34,946 nucleotides of DNA, taken from Pseudomonadota bacterium. GTDB taxonomy: Bacteria; Desulfobacterota; Desulfobacteria; Desulfobacterales; RPRI01. Within the stretch, counting starts at the first letter, position 1, and every line of letters starts with the position of its first letter. A program made the translations under genes and the position numbers. Below, in pieces: positions 27,595 through 34,946 of this stretch. The stretch is from assembly GCA_043825875.1 (NCBI GenBank), contig JBDRRF010000044.1, positions 1 to 34,946 on the forward strand, in the 5' to 3' direction. Under the pieces are notes generated by a model. The model was not told where the DNA came from. It was given only the letters and a program-made list of their open reading frames with translations, and did no database searches.

Positions 27595-29688
27595 ATGATA
27601 AACACATATAGCACCGATATAGGGGGAAAAACTCTTACCATACAGGCCGGCAAACTGGCCAAACAGGCGTCAGGATCGGTGACTGTGCAATACGGTGATA
27701 CTGTTGTGCTTGTTACCGCTGTTTCTTCATACGATGAACGTCCCAGGGATTTTTTGCCGCTTTCCGTCGAATATCAGGAAAAAATATATGCAGCAGGGCG
27801 CATACCCGGAAATTATTTCAGACGGGAGATTGGAAGGCCTTCGGAAAAAGAAACACTGACTTCGCGTCTTATTGACAGGCCGATCAGGCCCTTGTTTCCC
27901 AAAGGTTACGGTTGCGAAATTCAGATAATTGCAACAGTTTTATCAATGGATCAAGAAAATGATCCTGATGTACTTGCTATGATAGGCACGTCGGCCGCTC
28001 TTGAAATATCCGATATACCTTTTGCCGGACCGATTGCCAGTGTAAGGGTTATCAGGAAAGACGGGCAATTTATTGTAAACCCGACAATCAATGATTGCGA
28101 GGGCAGTGATATAAATATAATCGTTGCGGGCTCAAAAACCGGTGTAGTCATGGTTGAAGGCGGAAGCAATATAGTCAGCGAAAAAGATATGCTTGAAGCA
28201 ATCTTTTTCGGCCATGAAGCTATGCAGCCGATCATTGACATTCAACATAAGCTAAGAGAAACCAACGGACTTCCAAAAAGGAATTATACCGAAAAAGAAA
28301 AAGACCATGCATTTGAAGAAACAGTTGAATCCATTGCTGCCTCCCGTATACGCGAAGCTCTTCTTATACCGGGAAAAATCGACAGACAATCTGCCATGCG
28401 CACCCTCAAGGCCGAATTGTTTGAGCAACTTGGCGCTGATTATACCGAACGCAAGGATGAGTTTTCTGAGATATTTTATAGCTTACAGAAAAAAATAACC
28501 AGGGCCCTTATAGTTAACGAAGGGCAGCGCTTAGACGGCAGAAAATATGATGAAATAAGGCCCATTACATGCGAAGTAGGTGTGCTTCCAAGACCACACG
28601 GCAGCGCTCTTTTTACTCGAGGCGAAACACAGGTTCTGGCAGTACTGACACTTGGGTCAGGTCCGGATGAACAAAGAGTTGAAACCTTAAGCGGTGAAGA
28701 ATTAAGGCCGTTTATGCTGCACTATAATTTTCCGCCTTATTCAGTTGGCGAAACCAAACGCATTGGCGGACCAAGCAGAAGAGATATCGGCCATGGCGGC
28801 CTTTCTACTCGTGCTTTAGAAAAAATACTTCCGGCCAAAGAAGACTTTGATTATACAATACGCCTTGTTTCCGAAGTTCTTGAATCAAACGGTTCATCAT
28901 CAATGGGCACTGTTTGTTCCGGGTCTATGGCTTTAATGGATGGAGGAGTCCCGATTAAGGCGCCGGTTTCAGGAATTGCAATGGGGCTTGTTAAAGAAGG
29001 AGATCAAGTTGTAATTCTTTCCGATATACTTGGAGATGAAGATCATTCCGGAGATATGGATTTTAAGGTTACAGGAACCCGGGAAGGAATAACCGCTCTT
29101 CAGATGGACATAAAAATTCATGAGCTTTCCAAATCCATCCTGGAAAGTGCCTTGGAGCAGGCACGTACAGGAAGAATTCATATCCTTGAAAAGATGCTGG
29201 AAGCTATTAACCAGCCCAGGGAAGCAATATCCCCGCATGCTCCGGCCATATTCACCGTAAAGGTTCATCCTGACAAGATCAGGGAAATTATTGGCCCTGG
29301 TGGGAAAACAATCAGATCCATACAGAGCGAAACAAACACCCGCGTTGAAATCGACGACTACGGTCTTGTGAAAATTGCAGCTGTATCGAAAGAAGACGGA
29401 GCCGCTGCTCTGAATCTTATAAACAATATAACACAAGAACCGGAGGTTGGCGCTGTATATGACGGAACCGTGGTTAAGATCATGGATTTTGGCGCTTTTG
29501 TGCAGATAATGCCCGGCACGGACGGCCTTGTGCATATATCTCAGCTTGCAACCAGAAGAGTAACCAAGGTTTCGGATATAGTAAAAGAAGGGGACACAAT
29601 TAAAGTTAAGGTTCTTGAGATATCCAAAGACGGCAAAATCCGCTTAAGCCATAAGGCCGTTTTAGAAGATGAAAATGAACCGGCCTGA
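27595..29688 (+). CDS. pnp: Polyribonucleotide nucleotidyltransferase
   Basis: [34 protein letters not shown] and S1 domains. Confidence 0.98.
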   Translation: MINTYSTDIGGKTLTIQAGKLAKQASGSVTVQYGDTVVLVTAVSSYDERPRDFLPLSVEYQEKIYAAGRIPGNYFRREIGRPSEKETLTSRLIDRPIRPLFPKGYGCEIQIIATVLSMDQENDPDVLAMIGTSAALEISDIPFAGPIASVRVIRKDGQFIVNPTINDCEGSDINIIVAGSKTGVVMVEGGSNIVSEKDMLEAIFFGHEAMQPIIDIQHKLRETNGLPKRNYTEKEKDHAFEETVESIAASRIREALLIPGKIDRQSAMRTLKAELFEQLGADYTERKDEFSEIFYSLQKKITRALIVNEGQRLDGRKYDEIRPITCEVGVLPRPHGSALFTRGETQVLAVLTLGSGPDEQRVETLSGEELRPFMLHYNFPPYSVGETKRIGGPSRRDIGHGGLSTRALEKILPAKEDFDYTIRLVSEVLESNGSSSMGTVCSGSMALMDGGVPIKAPVSGIAMGLVKEGDQVVILSDILGDEDHSGDMDFKVTGTREGITALQMDIKIHELSKSILESALEQARTGRIHILEKMLEAINQPREAISPHAPAIFTVKVHPDKIREIIGPGGKTIRSIQSETNTRVEIDDYGLVKIAAVSKEDGAAALNLINNITQEPEVGAVYDGTVVKIMDFGAFVQIMPGTDGLVHISQLATRRVTKVSDIVKEGDTIKVKVLEISKDGKIRLSHKAVLEDENEPA

Positions 29689-30940
29689 AAATAAAACCGT
29701 CCTTTCAAACGGCATCAGAGTAATTACCGCCAACATGCCCCAATCGTGTTCAGTTTCAATGGGTATATGGGTAAACTCAGGGGCTCGCGATGAATCGGAA
29801 GAAGAAAGCGGTCTTTCCCATTTTATCGAACATATGCTTTTTAAGGGTACAACTAAAAGGTCGGCATTTCAAATTTCCAAAGAATTTGACTCCATGGGGG
29901 GAAACACAAACGCATTCACCTCCATGGAGACAACCTGTTATCATTCAAAAGTAATAACACCCCATATTAAAACTGCAAGTGATCTTCTCTTTGATATTTT
30001 TTTAAATTCCGAATTCGATATAAACGAAATTGAAAAAGAACGCCCTGTTATCATCCAGGAAATAGGAATGGTTGAAGATTCTCCGGAAGATTATATACAT
30101 CTTCTTTCCGGCCAATGCTTTTTCAAAAACAATCCTCTCGGGTCTTCAGTACTTGGGACACGCTCAAATATTATTAATTTTAAGCCGGAAAAAATAAAAG
30201 AGTTTTTAACCTTACGTTACCAGCCATCCCGGATTATTATTTCTGTTGCCGGAAACATAGAACATGAAAATATTTTAGATATTGTATGCCCGGTTTTTGA
30301 ATCTTATCAAAATAATTCATCTTTTCCTGAACGTATAAATCCTGATGTACAAAAAGGTGCTAATATATTTGACAAGGATCTTGAACAGGCTCATATATGC
30401 GTTTTATTTAAAGGCTTGCCGCTTACAGATGAAAGAAGATATGCTTTTTCACTTATAAATACAATACTCGGCGGCAATATGAGTTCAAGGCTTTTTCAAG
30501 AAATACGTGAAAAAAGAGGTCTTGCCTATTCAGTATATTCTTTTATCTCCTCCTATATAGATACAGGTATGCTTGGTGCCTATGCTGCAGTTGATCCGGA
30601 TAATGCACTTGATGCAGCAGCTTTAATTATAAAGGAAATTAAAAAGATTAAAGAAAATACTATAAGTGTTAGCGAACTTAAAGAAGCAGTTGAGTATACA
30701 AAAGGCTGTTTGCTTCTTGCTTCCGAAAGTACTGATAATCAGATGTTCAGACAGGCGCAAAACGAAATAATATTTAATCGCCATATTCCGCTTCATGAAG
30801 TAATCGACAAAATTGAATCGGTAAAAAAAGATGAAGTATCTGATTTGGCAAATTTGCTTTTTGATCCTGCTAATCTTTCACTAACCGTTCTTGGACCTGT
30901 TGCAGATAAAAAACAATTTATGGATGTTTTAAATTCTTAA
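29669..30940 (+). CDS. M16 family zinc peptidase
   Basis: HFIEH (HxxEH), NAFTS and [18 protein letters not shown]. Usual position after pnp. Confidence 0.92.
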   Translation: MKMNRPENKTVLSNGIRVITANMPQSCSVSMGIWVNSGARDESEEESGLSHFIEHMLFKGTTKRSAFQISKEFDSMGGNTNAFTSMETTCYHSKVITPHIKTASDLLFDIFLNSEFDINEIEKERPVIIQEIGMVEDSPEDYIHLLSGQCFFKNNPLGSSVLGTRSNIINFKPEKIKEFLTLRYQPSRIIISVAGNIEHENILDIVCPVFESYQNNSSFPERINPDVQKGANIFDKDLEQAHICVLFKGLPLTDERRYAFSLINTILGGNMSSRLFQEIREKRGLAYSVYSFISSYIDTGMLGAYAAVDPDNALDAAALIIKEIKKIKENTISVSELKEAVEYTKGCLLLASESTDNQMFRQAQNEIIFNRHIPLHEVIDKIESVKKDEVSDLANLLFDPANLSLTVLGPVADKKQFMDVLNS

Positions 30941-30942
30941 TA

Positions 30943-31401
30943 ATGGAAAAGACACCTACAATCCGTTTTTTACGGTTAAACCCTGATAAAGATGGTGATA
31001 TCCCTTTACCGTGCTATATGACACCCAATAGCGCAGGTATGGATGTATATGCCTGTCTTGCAAAAGATGTTGTCGTTAAGCCGGGAGACATCGCCCTGAT
31101 ACCTACCGGTTTTGCAGTATCTATTCCCGAAGGATTTGAAATTGAAATACGCCCGAGAAGCGGGCTTGCCGTTAAGCACAGGATAGGCCTGATAAATTCT
31201 CCAGGCACCATAGATTCGGATTATCGTGGTGAAATAAAAATAGCAGTAATTAACCATGGGAATAAAGATTATACTTTCAAACGCAAAGACAGAATTGCCC
31301 AGATGCTATTAAAGCGGGTTTACCAGGCAAAAATAGAGCTTGTTGAAAGTCTTGAGGAGACAAAGCGCGGTACAGGAGGTTTCGGGCATACCGGAGTATA
31401 A
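30943..31401 (+). CDS. dut: dUTP diphosphatase
   Basis: AGMD, RPRSGLA, GTIDSDYRGEI, RIAQ and RGTGGFGHTG. Confidence 0.97.
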   Translation: MEKTPTIRFLRLNPDKDGDIPLPCYMTPNSAGMDVYACLAKDVVVKPGDIALIPTGFAVSIPEGFEIEIRPRSGLAVKHRIGLINSPGTIDSDYRGEIKIAVINHGNKDYTFKRKDRIAQMLLKRVYQAKIELVESLEETKRGTGGFGHTGV

Positions 31402-31402
31402 T

Positions 31403-32224
31403 GTGAAGGAAATTACTTCTTTACAAAAACCCGACAAATCATCAGAGCTTAAGCTTTGCATGCTTGCAAGCGGCAGCAAGGGAAATTCAATATATATTTC
31501 AGATGGCCACACATCAGTTCTTATTGATGCCGGGTTGTCCGGTATTGAGATTGAACGAAGGATGAAAGCAAACAATCTTGCTCCCGATAATCTTGACGCA
31601 ATTGTTGTAAGCCATGAACATTCCGATCATATAAGCGGTGTAGGAGTACTTTCCCGCAGGTTTTCCATCCCTGTTTATATAAGCCATAAAACACAAAAAG
31701 CCGCATCTTCATTTCTTGGCAGAATTACTGAATTTATAAATTTTGAATGCGGTACGGGCTTTAATATAAATGGTCTTTGTTTCTATCCTTTTTCATTATC
31801 CCATGATGCAAAAGATACGTCAGGTTTTACGGTATCTAAAAACAAAACAAAAATCGGAATTGCAACGGATCTTGGGATTGCAACCACAATGGTAAAAGAG
31901 AATCTGAAAAAGTGTTCAATATTAATTCTGGAAGCAAACCATGATCCTGATATGCTTGCAAACGGCCCCTACCCCTGGCCGTTAAAACAGCGAATAAAAA
32001 GCCGCTCAGGCCATTTATCAAATCAAGATTCAAAAATACTACTACAGGAAATCCAGCACAATAACCTCGAACATGTGATCTTGTCCCATATAAGCGAAAC
32101 AAACAATACCCCGGAAAAAGTTCTAAGCGTGGTAGGTTGTGCCCTAACATGCTGCAAAGCCAAAATCGATGTAGCACGCCAGGACAGATGCGGTGCTATT
32201 ATTAATTCCTCGTACGGCAAATAA
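31403..32224 (+). CDS. MBL-fold hydrolase (YycJ/WalJ-like)
   Basis: LASGSKGN, IDAG, SHEHSDH, SHDA, EANHD, GHLSN and HISETNN. Start set at in-frame GTG 31403 just after the dut stop. Confidence 0.88.
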   Translation: MKEITSLQKPDKSSELKLCMLASGSKGNSIYISDGHTSVLIDAGLSGIEIERRMKANNLAPDNLDAIVVSHEHSDHISGVGVLSRRFSIPVYISHKTQKAASSFLGRITEFINFECGTGFNINGLCFYPFSLSHDAKDTSGFTVSKNKTKIGIATDLGIATTMVKENLKKCSILILEANHDPDMLANGPYPWPLKQRIKSRSGHLSNQDSKILLQEIQHNNLEHVILSHISETNNTPEKVLSVVGCALTCCKAKIDVARQDRCGAIINSSYGK

Positions 32225-32333
32225 AGATAAATTGGTTGGGGCACAGCCCTGCGAGATATTGGTAAAACTTATAGAGGCAAATGGAGCCAAAAAAAGGTAA
32301 AGATTGATTTTTTACAATTTGCGCTTGGGCCTC

Positions 32334-32362
32334 TTGATTTCACAAGTTAGATAGGATAAAAT
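32334..32362 (+). promoter_or_regulatory. Putative sigma70 promoter of the GGDEF gene
   Basis: TTGATT, 17 nt, TAAAAT. Confidence 0.55.
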
Positions 32363-32397
32363 TCTCTATAAGTTTTTATTCAGTTGCTTAAAACGGA

Positions 32398-33612
32398 GTG
32401 TTTGTGAGAAGAATCCTTTCTTTTTTTATACCGGAAGGGCTTATTTTGCTGGCAGCAGTTATTTGTATTCGCAGCAATATCCTTCTGGCATGGCTGCCTG
32501 CGATTGCAAGCATTTACCCTTATGCTGTTTTCGTTATAGCGGTTTTTCTTGGCTGGCGTTTTAATCGAAGCAGACTTATTTATGGAGCCTTAGTACTTTT
32601 TCTTGCAGATCGATTATTAGCTCACCTCCCATCTGCCAATCCTTTTCTTACATCATCTTTTGCACCAATTGCTTTTAGCTCCATAGCCTTATTATTGCCT
32701 CTTAATCTTATATACTTTTCATTAATGAAAGAGCGGGGCCTGATAAGCGTGAGAGGGGGTTTTTATCTGATTTTGATCTTAGCGCAACTGCCTCTCATCA
32801 TTCTTGGCAATATTTATCAACCGGTACTTCTTGCAAAATGTTTTGATTTTGTCTTTTATCCTGTTTCTTTTGTAATACTGTCTATGCCTCAGCCGGCAAT
32901 AGCAGTATTTTTCATTGCCTCTGTTTTGATAGCTTTCTTTTTTATGAGAGATTGGGATGTGATGAAGCAGGGATTTTTCTGGGCTTTGGTTTCTGCTTTT
33001 ATTGCATTAACATCTGCCAAGCCTGAAATAATTTCAACAATATACTTTTCTACTGCAGGGCTAATCCTTGCCATATCGGCTATTGAAGCAACATACAGCA
33101 TGGCCTATCGTGATGAGCTGACAAAATTGCCTGCCCGCAGAGCCTTAAACGAGGCTCTTTTAAAATTAGGAGGAAACTATACGGTTGCAATGATCGATAT
33201 TGATCATTTTAAAAAATTTAATGACAAATACGGACATGATATCGGGGACCAGGTATTGCGCATGGTTGCCACGAAACTAGAAAAAGTCACGGGTTGCGGC
33301 AAAGCATTCCGCTATGGTGGTGAAGAATTTACTATTGTTTTTCCCGGAAAATCAAAAGAGAAAGTGCTTCCTCATCTGGAAAAATTAAGAAAAACTATAG
33401 CATCTTCCGGCTTTAACCTCAGGAGCAACAAGCGGCCGAAGAAAAAACCGGAAATAAGCAAAAAGCTTTTAGGATCAGCTCAAAAGGTTTCAGTAACAGT
33501 AAGTATAGGTGTTGCCGAGAGGCCTGAGGCCAAGCCGACAGAAGTTGTCAAAGCCGCAGATAAGGCTTTGTATAAAGCAAAAAATGGGGGACGTAATCGG
33601 GTTGCATCATAA
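32398..33612 (+). CDS. Membrane-bound diguanylate cyclase
   Basis: Multiple hydrophobic segments, then DELT, DIDHFKKFNDKYGHDIGD, RYGGEEF and ADKALYKAK. Confidence 0.93.
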   Translation: MFVRRILSFFIPEGLILLAAVICIRSNILLAWLPAIASIYPYAVFVIAVFLGWRFNRSRLIYGALVLFLADRLLAHLPSANPFLTSSFAPIAFSSIALLLPLNLIYFSLMKERGLISVRGGFYLILILAQLPLIILGNIYQPVLLAKCFDFVFYPVSFVILSMPQPAIAVFFIASVLIAFFFMRDWDVMKQGFFWALVSAFIALTSAKPEIISTIYFSTAGLILAISAIEATYSMAYRDELTKLPARRALNEALLKLGGNYTVAMIDIDHFKKFNDKYGHDIGDQVLRMVATKLEKVTGCGKAFRYGGEEFTIVFPGKSKEKVLPHLEKLRKTIASSGFNLRSNKRPKKKPEISKKLLGSAQKVSVTVSIGVAERPEAKPTEVVKAADKALYKAKNGGRNRVAS

Positions 33613-33659
33613 GCGGCCTTGACGCCAGCTATTTCTTAAACACATAATACAATATTGCT

Positions 33660-34187
33660 TTATTTCACCTTCTCAACATCATATCCCGCACCTTTCCAGG
33701 CAAAAATACCTCCCGGAAACCGGTAAACGTTTTTGTATCCTATCTTTTTGGCCCATAAAGCCCCGTTGTGGCTTCTGGTACACTTGACAAATCCACAGTA
33801 AATCACGATAATTTTTTCTTTATCCGGACCCAGCAAGGCAGCAAAATCTTGTTCTGTTTTGCCGTTTGTTTCCGCATTATCCCATTTTTCCATTAAGGGT
33901 ATTGGGAAAAGAAATTGTTTTGCGCCGGGGATGTGAGCTTTTTTGTAGCTATCCTTGTATGGCATGGTATCAACGATCACCATGTCTTTTCCCGCATCTT
34001 TCATTTGTTTAAGTTCACTTACTGTAACGATATCATATCCACCCTGTTGTACTTCTCTTACCAGTTTCACCGCTCCGGTTTCTACATCGACCTCTTTTTC
34101 AAATTTATTTTTTGCCACAGAGGATAAGGGCACCAGTAAAATTGCGGCAATAATTATAACCACAGTATTAATCCATCGCTTATTCAT
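33660..34187 (-). CDS. Exported rhodanese-like protein
   Basis: Sec-type signal peptide, HIPGA, active loop YCGFVKCTRS and GGIFAW. Confidence 0.88.
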   Translation of the reverse strand: MNKRWINTVVIIIAAILLVPLSSVAKNKFEKEVDVETGAVKLVREVQQGGYDIVTVSELKQMKDAGKDMVIVDTMPYKDSYKKAHIPGAKQFLFPIPLMEKWDNAETNGKTEQDFAALLGPDKEKIIVIYCGFVKCTRSHNGALWAKKIGYKNVYRFPGGIFAWKGAGYDVEKVK

Positions 34188-34675
34188 GGTTTATCTCCTT
34201 GTAACATTTTGTAAAAAGTTGTTCCAAAAATATTTATTGGTGAATGCGAAGTCTTTATTCGCCATATATACAAATAGGCAGCGCAACCCACTAATACACC
34301 ATCTTTTAAAATCGCTGCTCTCAACCCGTGAAATGCCTTTGCTTCGGGATCACCCGGCGAAAAGCATCCACAATCTATGTTAAATCCCAAGTAGTCAGCA
34401 TATCCCAACACCCCGATAAAAAGCAGCAACAAAGCGGTAATAACAAAAAGGCTGCCGCGCAAATCAAAAACAAGTCCGATACCGGCCAAAATTTCCAAAA
34501 TGGGAAGCAGGATGGCAACTATTGGAACCATACTTTCGGGTACAAGTCCGTAAGCACCGATCAATTCGGAAAATGCCTCGGTATCCGGTAGCTTTGAAGC
34601 CCCGGCATACACAAACGTTATAGCAATAGCCCAGCGAATGACAGGATACGACCATTTTAAAACTTTGTTATTCAT
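34184..34675 (-). CDS. MauE/DoxX-family redox membrane protein
   Basis: About four TM segments, LPILEILAG and IDCGCF. Overlaps the rhodanese start by 4 nt (ATGA). Confidence 0.85.
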   Translation of the reverse strand: MNNKVLKWSYPVIRWAIAITFVYAGASKLPDTEAFSELIGAYGLVPESMVPIVAILLPILEILAGIGLVFDLRGSLFVITALLLLFIGVLGYADYLGFNIDCGCFSPGDPEAKAFHGLRAAILKDGVLVGCAAYLYIWRIKTSHSPINIFGTTFYKMLQGDKP

Positions 34676-34806
34676 TTGGTTCTCTTTTGTTTTTGATGTT
34701 TAATGCTTTTATAATAACAAGGCAAAATTCTAAAAGTCCAATCGATAATTTAAATGCAATATACCCTGTGAAAGAGATTATATAAATATCTCTTGGAAGT
34801 AATAGA

Positions 34807-34946
34807 TAGAGCCAGTTTCAAAACGCCCCATTTTGGCCGATCTCTGCGTTGGGCTCAAATTTCAATCCTCGAAATACTAAATGTATTCCTGTGGTTGAAA
34901 TTTTCTCCCGCCTTGAGCTTGACCAAACTGAAACGTTTTGAAAGTG
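34807..34946. mobile_element. MITE-like palindromic repeat cut by the window end
   Basis: Left end tagagccagtttcaaaacg. Right end cgttttgaaagtg is the reverse complement of cagtttcaaaacg with one mismatch. Internal stem aaatttcaa / ttgaaattt. No ORF. Confidence 0.65.

Overview
AT-rich bacterial chromosomal window, most likely from an anaerobic Desulfobacterota (Desulfobacterales-like) organism. This is inferred from hcp/hcpR with a TTGAC-N4-GTCAA box, the gene content and the repeat types. It has four blocks. (1) 798-13798 is an accessory anaerobic redox/catabolic region, almost all on the minus strand: a stand-alone NuoF/HydB-like flavoprotein, two tandem FadH-type Old Yellow Enzymes, an FAD-dependent oxidoreductase, a cytoplasmic Mo/W-bisPGD enzyme, two SDRs, an unannotated third SDR remnant and a short XRE regulator. 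(2) 13990-19048 is a nitrosative/redox stress block (DUF1178, 4Fe-4S protein, Cys-rich HD protein, hcp, hcpR, ferritin-like protein). (3) 19262-32224 is the core tRNA-Gly-rimP-nusA-infB-DUF503-rbfA-nrnA-truB-rpsO-pnp-M16-dut-MBL region. (4) 32398-34946 holds a membrane GGDEF protein, a rhodanese + MauE/DoxX pair and a terminal MITE-like repeat. The most interesting signal is the OYE pair. One has lost its NAD(P)H-binding glycine motif and the other has kept it, as expected for an aryl-CoA reductase plus dihydro-aryl-CoA reductase pair. It sits next to an orphan NuoF-like protein with substitutions suggesting NADP(H) use. Intergenic regions carry GTAG-type REPs and nested inverted-repeat elements.
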